DNA of 64,000 nucleotides, taken from the NCBI GenBank assembly GCA_046757845.1, contig JBHHYZ010000003.1, positions 26,628 through 90,627 of the forward strand, in the 5' to 3' direction. Shown piece after piece: positions 35,523-46,950 of this stretch. How positions within the stretch are numbered: position 1 is the first letter of the stretch; every line of letters begins with the position of its first letter. The DNA comes from Gemmatimonadota bacterium (lineage in GTDB: Bacteria > Gemmatimonadota > Gemmatimonadetes > Palauibacterales > Palauibacteraceae). Made by a program: the position numbers and the translations under genes. The notes beneath the pieces are model-generated. The model did not search any database, was not told where the DNA came from, and was given only the letters and a program-made list of their open reading frames with translations.

Positions 35523-36323
35523 TCACTCCCGCCCCCACCCGCTCAACGGCACGGCGTGGAAGCCCAGAGCCCCCAGCTCCACGACTCTGATCGGCCAACC
35601 GAACGCTTCGCTCAGGTGCTCCGCCTGCAACACTTCGTGCGGGGAGCCCACCACCACGAGACGCCCCTCGGACAGAAGTGCCAGCGAATCTCCGTAACGA
35701 CTGGCCAGGTGCAGGTCGTGCGTGATGCTCACCACGGTCAGCCGATCCGCTCGGATCAATTCCCGAACCAGCTCGAACATCCGGACCTGGTGTCCCAGAT
35801 CCAGATGCGCGGTGGGCTCATCGAGCAGAAGCACCGACGGCTCCTGGGCCAGGGCTCGCGCCAGCTTCGCCCTCTGCCGCTCTCCTCCGGAGAGATCCGG
35901 GAGGAATCGCTCGGCCAGGTGTCGGAGGTCGACCCGATCGAGCGAGGCTTCGATCACCTCCCGATCCCTCGTCCCCAGACCCTGCCAGGTCCGCAGATGC
36001 GGATTGCGGCCGAGTCCGACAAACGCCCGCAGCGGCAGGGGAAAACCGGGAGGATCGTCCTGCGTCACGACGGCCACCCGGCATGCCAGTTCCCTCCGGC
36101 CCCAGTCCGACAGGCCTCGCCCGAACAATCGAACCTGTCCACGATCCGGCCTCAGAACTCCCGACATCAGGCGCAGGAGAGTGCTCTTTCCCGCCCCGTT
36201 CGGCCCCACCAACATGCTGTGCCGGCCCATGGCGAAACGCAGGGACGTCCCCGCGATGGCGGGACGGCCGCCTCCCGGATACGAGAAGCGCACTTCCGTC
36301 AGATCGAAGGCTGCCTCCACGCT
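35523..36323 (-). CDS. ABC transporter ATP-binding protein, FecE/BtuD family
   Basis: 'GPNGAGKSTLL', 'LSGGERQRAKLARALAQEP' and 'LLLDEPTAHLD'. GTG start at 36323 overlaps the permease stop. Confidence 0.8.
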   Translation of the reverse strand, partial: SVEAAFDLTEVRFSYPGGGRPAIAGTSLRFAMGRHSMLVGPNGAGKSTLLRLMSGVLRPDRGQVRLFGRGLSDWGRRELACRVAVVTQDDPPGFPLPLRAFVGLGRNPHLRTWQGLGTRDREVIEASLDRVDLRHLAERFLPDLSGGERQRAKLARALAQEPSVLLLDEPTAHLDLGHQVRMFELVRELIRADRLTVVSITHDLHLASRYGDSLALLSEGRLVVVGSPHEVLQAEHLSEAFGWPIRVVELGALGFHAVPLSGWGRE

Positions 36324-37333
36324 CACACCGAGCTCCTCCGAAGCAGGAAGAGAAAGAACGGCACTCCGACGAGAGCGGTGATCACCCCGATGGGAACCTC
36401 CAGCGGGCTGGCGACCGTGCGAGCGGCCGTGTCGGCCAGACCCAAGAGGGCAGCTCCGCCCAGAAAGGAGAGGGGGAGAACCAGCCGGTGGTCGGCGCCC
36501 CAGAGAAGCCGCACCGTGTGAGGCACAACCAGGCCCACGAAACCCACCACTCCCGCCACCGCTACGGCGGCCGCGGCGAGCGCGGAAGCGAGGAAGTACG
36601 CTCGACGCTTGGCTCGCTCCACATCGGTGCCCAGATGGGCCGCCGCTTCTTCGCCCAGCGCGAGCGCGTTCAGATCCCGAGACATCCCGAACGCGATCGC
36701 CGAGGCCGGGAGAGCGTAGGCCAGAAGCGCCAGGTCCGTGCCCCACGATGCGCCTGCCAGGCTTCCCATCGTCCACAGGACGGCCGAGCGGAGCGCTTCC
36801 CCCTCCGCGAAAGTGAGCAGCAGCATCACGCAGGCACCGAAGAACGAAGCGACCACGACGCCGGCCAGGATCAAGACCCTCGTATCCAGCTTTCCGACCA
36901 CGCTGGCGACCCGAAACACCACTCCGACGGCCAGGATCGCTCCGGCCAGCGAGGCCAGGGTCAGGAAGGCGGGGCCGAGCGACCCGAGCCCCAACGTGAT
37001 CGCCGCCACCGCGCCCAGCGCGGCGCCCGAGGAGACCCCCAGCAGGTACGGCTCCGCCAACGGATTGCGCAGCAGCGCCTGGAACAGTGCGCCGGACACG
37101 GCCAAGCTGGCGCCGGTGGCCAGCGCACCCACGGTTCTGGGAAGCCTCAGACTCAGGAGGATCGAGCGCGCCGTGGAAGGCTCCGCCCCAGGCATCAGGG
37201 CCCGCCACAATTCCGCGGGAGAGAAGCCGGCCGGTCCCAGCAAGACACCGCTCGAGCCCGCCAGGAGAACCAGCCCGAGAAGCCAGGCCGCGCCGCTTTT
37301 CCCCGGCAGAACCTGCCCTCTCGTCCTACTCAT
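36323..37333 (-). CDS. FecCD/BtuC family ABC permease
   Basis: Polytopic; 'GLVVPHTVRLLWGADHRLVLPLSFLGGAALLGLAD' is the FecCD signature. Confidence 0.8.
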   Translation of the reverse strand: MSRTRGQVLPGKSGAAWLLGLVLLAGSSGVLLGPAGFSPAELWRALMPGAEPSTARSILLSLRLPRTVGALATGASLAVSGALFQALLRNPLAEPYLLGVSSGAALGAVAAITLGLGSLGPAFLTLASLAGAILAVGVVFRVASVVGKLDTRVLILAGVVVASFFGACVMLLLTFAEGEALRSAVLWTMGSLAGASWGTDLALLAYALPASAIAFGMSRDLNALALGEEAAAHLGTDVERAKRRAYFLASALAAAAVAVAGVVGFVGLVVPHTVRLLWGADHRLVLPLSFLGGAALLGLADTAARTVASPLEVPIGVITALVGVPFFLFLLRRSSV

Positions 37334-38324
37334 CGCGGGAACACGTGGAACTCGGGTCAGCCCCCACCTCCGGGATCCCGTCGATCGCGGCGGCGGGGTG
37401 GAGCGCTCGGGCCAGTTCCAGCGCACCTGCCACGATCCCCGGGCCCAGCACGTGAACCCGATCCCCATTCACCCGGCGGACGGCGCCGCGGCGGACCGCG
37501 CCGATCGCCCGCCAGCCCGGCCGAGCCTCCGGCGGGGAGCGCCGGTCGCCGGTTCGGGTCACCGGCCAAAGGATGAGCTGGGGATCCCGCGCGGCGATCG
37601 CTTCCAAGCTGACCTGCGGCGAGACGGCCTCCAGGTCGCCGAACACGTTGCGTCCGCCGGCGATCGCGAGCAGCGAGTCCAGATAGCTGGCCTTCCCGAC
37701 CGTGATCGGCGGATCCGACCACACGTCGTAGTACACCCGCGTGGCCCCCAAGCCGGCGGTCGCCTCGTGGACCGCCTTCAGACCACGCTCGATCGCGGCC
37801 GCAAGCCGGGACGCGGCTGCCTCGCATCCGATCAGAACACCCAGGCGCCGCAGGTTGCGGTTCAGATCCGCCAAGCTGTTGTGCGCAAGGCCCAGCGACG
37901 GCACCCCCACACGCCGTAGCGCGGCGCCCAACCCGGCATTGTCCGAGCCCGCGAAGAACAGCACCACATCCGGTCGTCGAGCCAACACGAGCTCAACAGA
38001 AGGACGAACTCCGTCCCCAATACTCGGGACGGCCCGCGCGGCTTCGGGTCTGGTCCCGAAACGCGTGCGGCCCACCAGCCGATCCCCCGCTCCCATGGCG
38101 AAGAGGATCTCGGTGAACGCCGGCGACAGAGACACGATTCGCCGGGCGGGCGCGGCCAACCTGACCAGATGGTTCAGATCGTCCCGGACCCGCACGGTGT
38201 CGGTCCACGCCCCGATGGCTTCCCGGCCCGACTCGAGAGTCCGCGCGACTTCCACCGCCGGGACGCCTCGAGGGATCAGGCAGCCGATCGCTGCCAGAAC
38301 AACACAACGCAACCAGAGAATCAA
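37326..38324 (-). CDS. periplasmic substrate-binding protein, BtuF/FhuD class (Peripla_BP_2)
   Basis: Signal peptide; 'IVSLSPAFTEILFAMGAGDRLVG' and 'PDVVLFFAGS' are typical of cobalamin/siderophore binding proteins. The TTG start sits directly behind the riboswitch terminator. Confidence 0.75.
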   Translation of the reverse strand: MILWLRCVVLAAIGCLIPRGVPAVEVARTLESGREAIGAWTDTVRVRDDLNHLVRLAAPARRIVSLSPAFTEILFAMGAGDRLVGRTRFGTRPEAARAVPSIGDGVRPSVELVLARRPDVVLFFAGSDNAGLGAALRRVGVPSLGLAHNSLADLNRNLRRLGVLIGCEAAASRLAAAIERGLKAVHEATAGLGATRVYYDVWSDPPITVGKASYLDSLLAIAGGRNVFGDLEAVSPQVSLEAIAARDPQLILWPVTRTGDRRSPPEARPGWRAIGAVRRGAVRRVNGDRVHVLGPGIVAGALELARALHPAAAIDGIPEVGADPSSTCSRDE

Positions 38325-38349
38325 AAAGCCCGCCTCCTGTGGGGCGGGC
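38323..38349 (-). terminator. intrinsic terminator (riboswitch expression platform)
   Basis: Minus-strand RNA: GCCCGCC-ccacagga-GGCGGGC-UUUUUG. The U-tract overlaps the TTG start. Confidence 0.5.
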
Positions 38350-38399
38350 TCATCGGGCCTCTAACGAATCCCGCCCACACCCTTCCTTCGAAGAGCTCT

Positions 38400-38520
38400 C
38401 GTGGGCCTGGATGGGACACGTCTCCTGGCTCGAGGCACCGTCGAAACGGTGAGCCTCTTACAGTGGCGAGGCCGCGCCGGACTCACACCGGCTTCCGTTT
38501 GCCTCCATCCGTTCTGTCGA
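38400..38520 (-). promoter_or_regulatory. cobalamin (B12) riboswitch aptamer
   Basis: Minus-strand RNA contains GGAAGCCGGUGUGAGUCCGGCGCGGCCUCGCCACUGUAAGAGG (the GGAA...GGUG..A.UCC...GCCACUGU core) followed by GAGCCAGGAGACGUGUCC (B12-box-like AGCCAGGAGAC). Confidence 0.55.
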
Positions 38521-38584
38521 TTCCGAGTCTACTCCAGACCTGCGGGCACCGCAAGGCGAGGCGTGGCTCGGACACCTCGTCCAT

Positions 38585-39499
38585 TCAGCCCGCCGCAGCC
38601 AGCCGGCGGCGCGCGACCTCGGCCGCACTCAGCAGCAGGAAGCCGGCCGCGACGAAGATCCAGGCATAGAAGCTATGGGAGGGTGGCGGACCGAAGTCCA
38701 TCGACAGGGTTGCCGGGGTTCCCCGGCTCACGTACCGCTGGAACGTGCGACCCTCGATCTCGATGAGGCCGCCGAACTGGAGACCGCGAAGGCGGGAGGG
38801 TCGGTTGGAGCCAGCGACCAACACCTCCCGTTTCCCCTCCTCACCGGGCGCGGGCAAGTCGATCCTGTCGGCTGCGATCCGGTAGCGAACCGTCAGGGGC
38901 CGCCCTCCCGGGGGGACCGGTGCGCGAACTTGGACGAAGCTCCCGTCCACCTCATCTTCGCCGGCCAGGGCCGAGCCAGGCACCAGGCTCGGCTCGACCG
39001 CCTCACGGGGAAGCGGTAGCCGCCAGCCCTCCGCATCGCTCTTTCCAGGGACGAGCGTCAGGTCGGAGTCGTTGGCCAACTCCCACACGTCTACCACGTC
39101 GAGCAGGCCGGGACGCGGCGATACGATCGTGTGCCGTGACGCGACCGCCACGGTGTCAGCTCGGCGAGCGTCGTATACGACGATCCGGTAGTCCTGGATC
39201 GACTCGGGAGTGCCGTGGAGAGCGCGGCCCATGTACAGCACATTCTGATAGCGGGCGGTGGCCAGTAGGACCGGCGGAGGGCGTCCCGGTTCGGACCTCG
39301 GGCTCGGCACGGTGAAGGCGAAGCGGCCATTCCGCCCCGTCACCGACGTCGCCAGCACCGATCCCGAATCCGCCGTGATCCGGTGGAGATCGACCGTGAT
39401 CCCCCGCACGGCGGAAGAGTCCGTGCCTCTCACGACACGGCCGGAAATCCTCAGCGGAGGCGGAGACTGCGCGAGGGCCGGAGAGCCGAGGATCATCGG
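38585..39499 (-). CDS. carboxypeptidase-regulatory-like domain protein with C-terminal TM anchor (hypothetical)
   Basis: Signal peptide 'MILGSPALAQ'; 'ISGRVVRGTDSSAVRGITVDL...TGRNGRFAF' is CarbopepD_reg; C-terminal hydrophobic helix. Confidence 0.4.
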   Translation of the reverse strand, partial: PMILGSPALAQSPPPLRISGRVVRGTDSSAVRGITVDLHRITADSGSVLATSVTGRNGRFAFTVPSPRSEPGRPPPVLLATARYQNVLYMGRALHGTPESIQDYRIVVYDARRADTVAVASRHTIVSPRPGLLDVVDVWELANDSDLTLVPGKSDAEGWRLPLPREAVEPSLVPGSALAGEDEVDGSFVQVRAPVPPGGRPLTVRYRIAADRIDLPAPGEEGKREVLVAGSNRPSRLRGLQFGGLIEIEGRTFQRYVSRGTPATLSMDFGPPPSHSFYAWIFVAAGFLLLSAAEVARRRLAAAG

Positions 39500-39587
39500 A
39501 ATGAGCAAGCCGCCGCCGGCCCGGATCGCCGTCCACCCAGCCCAGCGGCTCAACGCCCCGGGCCGCGGCCGGCGGCGGCCGAACGAT

Positions 39588-40136
39588 TCAGGGGTTGAAC
39601 CGCCCAAAATCTTCCGGATTCAGCTTCCGCAGATACTCCCTGAGCGGTTCTCCGGAGGGCGAGCCGGGATCCGCGGCCTCCAGCTCACCCTGGCCCGATT
39701 CCTCCGGGAGCTCGAAACCGGCTCCCTCGATCTCGAGGCTGGTCAGCTCCAGCAAGTCTTCATCGGCGAAGATCGGTGCCTGCGCGCGCAGCGCCAGCGC
39801 GATGCTGTCGCTGGGCCGGGAGTCAATGGACAGCAATTCTCCATCCCGTTTGAAGATCAGCGACGCGTAGTAGGTATTGTCCACCACTTTGGTGATCAGC
39901 ACCCGCACCAGCGCGCTGCCCAAGCCGCGCACCACGGTGTCGAACAGATCGTGCGTGAGCGGGCGTGAGAATTGAACCCCCGCCAGCTCCATGGCGATGG
40001 CGCTGGCCTCTCCCGGTCCGATCCAGATCGGGAGCAAACGGTCCCCGTCCTTCTCCTTGAGGATGACGACCGGCGTGCTCGAGGACTTGTCCAGCCCGAG
40101 GCTCGCGACCGTGACCTCCGTCAGCCCATCTTCCAT
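39588..40136 (-). CDS. bifunctional nuclease (BFN/DUF151) family protein
   Basis: 'PVVILKEKDGDRLLPIWIGPGEASAI...RPLTHDL' is the BFN domain signature. Confidence 0.6.
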   Translation of the reverse strand: MEDGLTEVTVASLGLDKSSSTPVVILKEKDGDRLLPIWIGPGEASAIAMELAGVQFSRPLTHDLFDTVVRGLGSALVRVLITKVVDNTYYASLIFKRDGELLSIDSRPSDSIALALRAQAPIFADEDLLELTSLEIEGAGFELPEESGQGELEAADPGSPSGEPLREYLRKLNPEDFGRFNP

Positions 40137-40177
40137 GTCCGCACCGGCTCCATCCGCCCAGGCGTTCCCGGGCTTGG

Positions 40178-41539
<1,362 letters not shown>

Positions 41540-41594
41540 TCACTCCTGTTCCCCGTCCGGTTCTCCGTTCCACAGGATCTCTACGAATCACGCA

Positions 41595-42731
41595 TCATAC
41601 GGCGTTTTTCAATTCCTCTACCCGATCCGTCCGTTCCCAACTGAAGCCTCCGTCGGACATCGGCTCCCGGCCGAAATGACCGAAAGCGGCCGTGCGCCGG
41701 TAGATCGGCCTGCGAAGTCCCAACCGCTCGATAATCGCCTCCGGCCGTAGATCGAACACGGCCCGGACCACCTCGGCCAGCCGTTCATCCGGCTGTTCTC
41801 CCGTGCCCCAGGTGTGCACCATCACAGACACGGGCTCCGCTACACCGATCGCGTACGCGAGCTGGATCTCCGCCCTCCGCGCCAACCCGGCAGCCACCAG
41901 GTTCTTGGCAATCCAACGCGCCGCGTAACTGGCCGAACGATCCACCTTGGATGGGTCTTTTCCGCTGAACGCCCCTCCTCCGTGGCTGCTCACTCCACCG
42001 TAGGTGTCCACGATGATCTTGCGGCCGGTCACACCGGCATCACCGTGCGGACCGCCCGTCACGAAACGTCCCGTCGGATTGATGTGGTAGGTGATGGAAT
42101 CCGGATCATACAGGTCCGCCGGCAGCACGGGTTCGATCACCCGTGAAATGATCTCCGCGCGAATCTCCTCGTGAGTCGCGTCCGGACCGTGCTGCGTGGA
42201 GATCACCACCGTCGGGATCCCCACCGGACGACCGTCCTCGTACTCCACGGTTACCTGGGACTTGCCATCGGGTCGCAACCACGGAATCTCCCCGCAACGC
42301 CGCACCTCTGAAAGCCGACGCGTCAGCCGGTGAGCCAGAGTGATCGGCAGGGGCATGAACGTCTCGGTCTCGTCCGAGGCGTAGCCGAACATCATTCCCT
42401 GGTCCCCTGCCCCGCCCACATCGACACCCATCTTGATGTCCTCCGACTGCCGGTCGAGCGATGTGAGCACCGCGCAGGTCTCGGAGTCGAAGCCGAACTC
42501 GGGATCCGTGTAGCCAATCTCCCGGATCGTATCGCGTGCCAGGCGCGGAAGATCCAATCGAGCCTCCGTGGTGATCTCGCCGGCCAGCAGAACCAGGCCC
42601 GTGGTGACGAGCGTCTCGCAAGCCACCCGGCCGAGCGGATCTTCAGTGAGAACCGCGTCCAACACGGCATCGGAGATCTGGTCCGCCACTTTGTCCGGAT
42701 GCCCCTCCGTCACGGACTCGGATGAGAACAT
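41595..42731 (-). CDS. metK: S-adenosylmethionine synthase
   Basis: '[24 protein letters not shown]' and '[19 protein letters not shown]'. Confidence 0.9.
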   Translation of the reverse strand: MFSSESVTEGHPDKVADQISDAVLDAVLTEDPLGRVACETLVTTGLVLLAGEITTEARLDLPRLARDTIREIGYTDPEFGFDSETCAVLTSLDRQSEDIKMGVDVGGAGDQGMMFGYASDETETFMPLPITLAHRLTRRLSEVRRCGEIPWLRPDGKSQVTVEYEDGRPVGIPTVVISTQHGPDATHEEIRAEIISRVIEPVLPADLYDPDSITYHINPTGRFVTGGPHGDAGVTGRKIIVDTYGGVSSHGGGAFSGKDPSKVDRSASYAARWIAKNLVAAGLARRAEIQLAYAIGVAEPVSVMVHTWGTGEQPDERLAEVVRAVFDLRPEAIIERLGLRRPIYRRTAAFGHFGREPMSDGGFSWERTDRVEELKNAV

Positions 42732-42839
42732 ATAGTGGGTGTCAGGCAACGGGCTCTCCTGTCTCGATGGGCCTAGCTCGAGCTGCTCGAATCGGCCATA
42801 CTGCCGCGTACGAATCGCACCCGCAACATACCTCGCGCG

Positions 42840-44606
42840 CTAACCCGGCACCGGGATCGACGCGACCGTCCCTTCGGCGAGCGCATCGTGCAGGTACTCG
42901 GCGATCGGAGCACGGATCTTCGTAGCGCTGTCGAACCCCGCGGTGCGCTCGAAGATTCCACTCAGCTCCTCCACTGAGACGGCCCGAACCACTTCCCGCG
43001 CTCCGGAGAGGTAGGCCGGCGAGAGACTGAACTCGCGATAGCCGAGCGCGAGCAGGGCGCACAGGCCCACCGGTTCGGCGGGAAGCTCCCCGCACACGCT
43101 GATCGGCAGGCCGAGACGGTCGGCTTCCTTCCGAAGCCGGGAATACATCCGTACGAGAGCCGGCTGCAGTGGGTCATGCAAAGCCGCCACCCGGGCACTC
43201 CCCCGGTCGGCAGCCATCACGTACTGTGTAAGATCGTTGGTCCCCAGGCTCAGAAAATCCACCTCCGGCGCGAATAGCTCGAGCGTCTCCACCGTCGATG
43301 GGGTTTCCACCATGATACCCACCGGGATATCACGCTCCCGAGAGTCCGACCCCCTCAGCTCCCCGATCACCTCCGCCAGCAACTCGCGACTGCGGCGCAC
43401 CTCCTCCACGGAGACGATGAACGGCAGGAGAATCCTCATGTTCCCATGACGCGACGCCCGCACCGCCGCGCGCAACTGATTCCGGAACAGATCCGGCACA
43501 TCCAGGCACACCCGAATCGCGCGCCAACCCAGGTAGGGGTTCTCCTCCAGCGGCATATTCAAGAATATCGGCAGCTTGTCCCCACCCACATCGAAGGTGC
43601 GCAGCGTCACGTCATGCTCCGGGAAGGCTTCCACCACGGCCCGGTAGGCTAGGTACTGCTCATCCTCGCTCGGAATCACCCTCCGGCCCAGTAGCAGGAA
43701 CTCGGACCGAAACAGGCCGACTCCCTCCGCTCCGACCCGCACGGCCGCCTCCGTCTCGTCAGGCTGGTCCAGGTTCGCCTGGAGGCGGACGAGCACGCCG
43801 TCTCGGGTGCTCACCGGGCCGGCCGGATGCTCCTCGAGCCGGTTCCAGTCGCCCAGGAGTCCCGAACGCCGCGCTTCCGCCTCCACTTCCGAACGCGTCG
43901 GGTCGACCACGATCCTCCCGGTCGCACCATCCAACAGAAGGCGCGTTCCGTCCTTGATATCTCGAAGAGCGCCCCCCACTCCCACCACCATGGGGATACC
44001 GCTCGACCGCAGGAGCACCGCGCTGTGGGAGCTGCGGGTGCCCCCCACCGTGATGATCCCCTTAACCCTGGTTCGGTCCAGACGAACCGCCGCGCTGGGA
44101 GTGAGCTCATCGAACAGCAGGACGGCGTCTTCTTCCGGTAGGTCGAGCGGGTCTTCCACCCGGCCCGTGAGCCGAGCCAGTACCCGGTACCGCACATCGC
44201 GGATGTCAGCGATCCGGTCCACCACCATGGCGTGAGCCCGATCCACGAACTGGGAGCGAATCTCGAGCAGGGTCAGATCGAAGGCGCGCTCGGCGGACAA
44301 GAAGTTGTCCCCGATGTACGAGACCGTGCCTCCCACCACGTCCGGATCCTGCAGCATGAGGATCTGCGGCTCGAACACTTTCGCCTCGAACGCTCCCACG
44401 GTCTCACGGGTGCGGTCGCGCAGCGCAGCGATCCGTTCAATGGCCCACGTACGGGCCTCCTCGAAACGCCGCAACTCGGCATCCACCTCTTCCTTGGCGA
44501 TGGTGCGATGTGGCACGGGAGGAAGATTCCAGGTCACCCATCGCGCCGTACCTGAACCCCAGCCTCCCGTCGCGCCGACCCCCAGCAAGTGTCGGCTCAC
44601 TGGCAT
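42840..44606 (-). CDS. ptsI: phosphoenolpyruvate-protein phosphotransferase (PTS enzyme I)
   Basis: 'GGTRSSHSAVLLRSSGIPMVVG' (active-site His), 'GLFRSEFL' and 'SLGTNDLTQY'. Start at the internal 'MPVSRHLLGVGATGG'. Confidence 0.85.
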   Translation of the reverse strand: MPVSRHLLGVGATGGWGSGTARWVTWNLPPVPHRTIAKEEVDAELRRFEEARTWAIERIAALRDRTRETVGAFEAKVFEPQILMLQDPDVVGGTVSYIGDNFLSAERAFDLTLLEIRSQFVDRAHAMVVDRIADIRDVRYRVLARLTGRVEDPLDLPEEDAVLLFDELTPSAAVRLDRTRVKGIITVGGTRSSHSAVLLRSSGIPMVVGVGGALRDIKDGTRLLLDGATGRIVVDPTRSEVEAEARRSGLLGDWNRLEEHPAGPVSTRDGVLVRLQANLDQPDETEAAVRVGAEGVGLFRSEFLLLGRRVIPSEDEQYLAYRAVVEAFPEHDVTLRTFDVGGDKLPIFLNMPLEENPYLGWRAIRVCLDVPDLFRNQLRAAVRASRHGNMRILLPFIVSVEEVRRSRELLAEVIGELRGSDSRERDIPVGIMVETPSTVETLELFAPEVDFLSLGTNDLTQYVMAADRGSARVAALHDPLQPALVRMYSRLRKEADRLGLPISVCGELPAEPVGLCALLALGYREFSLSPAYLSGAREVVRAVSVEELSGIFERTAGFDSATKIRAPIAEYLHDALAEGTVASIPVPG

Positions 44607-44914
44607 CCCTCCGACGGCTCGTGGCTCCCGCCGGCGGCGGCCAGCTCCTCTCCGAATCCGCTCTCGATCAGCGCAACCAGAGCTTCCATCGCCCGCTCGG
44701 CATCGCTCCCCACGGCGCGAAGCCGGATCTCCGCTCCCTCCTCGGCGGCCAGCATCATCACGCCCATGATACTCTTGCCATTCACCTCCAGACCATCCTT
44801 CGCCACCCAGATCTCGCACTCGAAGCGCGAGGCCAGCTTCACGAACTCCGCCGCAGGACGCGCGTGCAGGCCCAGGCGATTGCGAATCCGGGTCGTCCTG
44901 GCGATCTCACTCAT
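44597..44914 (-). CDS. ptsH: phosphocarrier protein HPr
   Basis: 'RIRNRLGLHARPAAEFV' (His-15 region) and the 'GKSIMGVMMLA' Ser-46 region. Confidence 0.8.
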   Translation of the reverse strand: MSEIARTTRIRNRLGLHARPAAEFVKLASRFECEIWVAKDGLEVNGKSIMGVMMLAAEEGAEIRLRAVGSDAERAMEALVALIESGFGEELAAAGGSHEPSEGCQ

Positions 44915-45040
44915 CTGCCCGCAGTCTCCGGCCACCGGCCTCTCGAATCCTTCTGCCTCCGCGCCGCCCGTCCACAGGCGTGCCCGCCATCCCGGGCGGA
45001 TGTCCGCTCGCCCGTCCGGCGGCGGCCCGACTCCGACACC

Positions 45041-45775
45041 TCACAACCACCACGCCACCGCGCCGGCCCCGAGCAGCAGCGCCGCCCCGGAACCAACCTT
45101 GTCGGGGAAAAGATACGTCAAGACGGCTGCGGAGGCCGCGATCGGCGCTCCCGCGACTCCCAGCTCGCCGATCCCCGGCAACCGGGACACCAACACGGCG
45201 ACAGCGAAGCCCAGCAGGAGCAGGCACGCCGGCCCCAGCAGCTCCGGTGTCCGCTGCAGCAGCGGGTGGGCGAGGACTCTTCCCACCTCCATCCCGGCCT
45301 CCCAGCCCTGGCGATAGCCCCACAAACGCAGAGCCACGTGGCCCGCGTTGTAGATGATCAGGAAGACCAGGCAAGCCTGAAGGGGTCCCAGACCCGCTCC
45401 AAACGCCCCGATCGTCAGGAGCAGACACAGGGGCCGCCAGGCAGACCACACCAATCGATCGCCGATCGCCCCCAGCGGGCCCATGAGGGCGGTCCGAAAG
45501 CGGTCGATCCTCTCCGCCTCGACCTCATCGTTCTCCAGCCGGGCCAAGGCTCCAACGGCCACCGAGCACAGGTAGGGGTGGCCATTGAACGATGAGGTGT
45601 GGCGCTCCAGGGAGCGACGGAAGGCCACGGGATCACCGGCATGAATCCGGGAAAGAAGAGGAATCAGGGCATATCCCAGCCCGCCTCCCAGCAACGTTCT
45701 GTAATTCCAGGATCCCTGGATGCCGAACGTCCGCAGAAACGCCGCCGTAAAGTCCGTACGTCGGAGACGGGCCAT
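45041..45775 (-). CDS. PTS mannose/fructose/sorbose family IID component
   Basis: 'FLRTFGIQGSWNYRTLLGGGLGYALIPLL' is the EIID signature. Confidence 0.6.
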   Translation of the reverse strand: MARLRRTDFTAAFLRTFGIQGSWNYRTLLGGGLGYALIPLLSRIHAGDPVAFRRSLERHTSSFNGHPYLCSVAVGALARLENDEVEAERIDRFRTALMGPLGAIGDRLVWSAWRPLCLLLTIGAFGAGLGPLQACLVFLIIYNAGHVALRLWGYRQGWEAGMEVGRVLAHPLLQRTPELLGPACLLLLGFAVAVLVSRLPGIGELGVAGAPIAASAAVLTYLFPDKVGSGAALLLGAGAVAWWL

Positions 45776-45779
45776 CGGG

Positions 45780-46475
45780 TCAGCCGAGCACCGCGAGACC
45801 CACGATCGTTCCCACGGCGATGAGCGCCCATCCTCTCCGGCGGCCTCCCAGGCTCCGGGCTCCGGCTCCGCCGGCGACTCCCAAACCCAACGCCACGGCG
45901 GCGACCGCCAGCGGGGAGCCATGAGTTCCCGGACCGATCCCGACTGCCAGGCGAGCCAGAAAAGCGGCGGGAACCAAGAATGCCGCCGTGAGCAACCCCC
46001 CTCGCGCGAAGTCGAGACGAATCGCGAGCCGATGGCGCCGTTGGAACCGCGCCGGAGATGCGGCGTTCACCGCGGGAGCCCCCACCAAACGGCCGTTCCA
46101 GCGGCGCAGGCGGGCCACACTACGGGCACCGACCCAGCCCAGGGCCCAGCCCGCCAGCAACGACGCCAGGAACGGGTAGAACCCCTCGCCGCCGGCACTG
46201 GCATAAGCGCCCCCCGCCACCAGTCCGGCCGGCCCCATGTCCGGATACCGCGCCGCCCCGAACGGGGGATGGCGCAAGACGAGGAGTTCGAGCACGGCAC
46301 CCACGAGGAAGCCAGCGGCGGCGTCCCCCAGGAGGGCTCCTCCCAGAAATCCGGCGACGACCGGCCGCGAGACCATTGCCTGGGGCCAGCTGGAAGAATC
46401 GGCTCCGAGGAGCGCTCCGCATCCGATTGCCAGCAGCCAGCCGGCAACGCTCAACTCAAGACCGCTCAGTGGCAT
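45780..46475 (-). CDS. PTS mannose family IIC component (putative)
   Basis: Polytopic Gly/Ala-rich membrane protein located between IIB and IID. Confidence 0.45.
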   Translation of the reverse strand: MPLSGLELSVAGWLLAIGCGALLGADSSSWPQAMVSRPVVAGFLGGALLGDAAAGFLVGAVLELLVLRHPPFGAARYPDMGPAGLVAGGAYASAGGEGFYPFLASLLAGWALGWVGARSVARLRRWNGRLVGAPAVNAASPARFQRRHRLAIRLDFARGGLLTAAFLVPAAFLARLAVGIGPGTHGSPLAVAAVALGLGVAGGAGARSLGGRRRGWALIAVGTIVGLAVLG

Positions 46476-46950
46476 CTAGCAGCGACTCCAGAGGTACTTC
46501 CGCGGAGGTCGGAAGATCCCTCGCCGTGACCACCAGGCTTCGAGCCGCGATAGCCCGAAGATCTTCCGCCACGCTGCGGTCGAGAAACACGTAGTCGAGG
46601 ATCCTCTGTCGGCCCGGCGCCGAGTGGATTCCACCCACGTTCACCGCCTGCCCCTGCAGCAGTCCCCGTTCCGCCAGCGCCCGCATCGTCCGCGCATCCC
46701 GGGTGAGGAGGGCGGCCGGATCGGCTCCCTCCTGTAGCTGCTTCACCGGCTGGTCGGCCTGTTCGACGGTGACGAACGTCGCGGTGGCCGGCCGAAACAC
46801 TCCCGTCCGGTACAACGCCTGCTCCAGCCGGCTCTCGGCCACTTGGTCATCGACGACCAGGTAACGAGTGAGCCCCAGCCGACCACCCCAGCCCAGCAGG
46901 ACCTGTCCGTGAAGCAGCCGATCATCAATGCGACACAGGACGATCGGCAC
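46456..46950 (-). CDS. PTS mannose/sorbose family IIB component
   Basis: 'IVLCRIDDRLLHGQV' (active-site His) PTS_IIB sorbose type. Confidence 0.7.
   Translation of the reverse strand: MPIVLCRIDDRLLHGQVLLGWGGRLGLTRYLVVDDQVAESRLEQALYRTGVFRPATATFVTVEQADQPVKQLQEGADPAALLTRDARTMRALAERGLLQGQAVNVGGIHSAPGRQRILDYVFLDRSVAEDLRAIAARSLVVTARDLPTSAEVPLESLLDATERS

Noticed and set aside
38530-38545. B12-box lookalike 'CCAGACCTGCGGG' on the plus strand
   Set aside because: It is on the wrong strand relative to the btu operon. The convincing aptamer core and B12 box are on the minus strand at 38400-38520.
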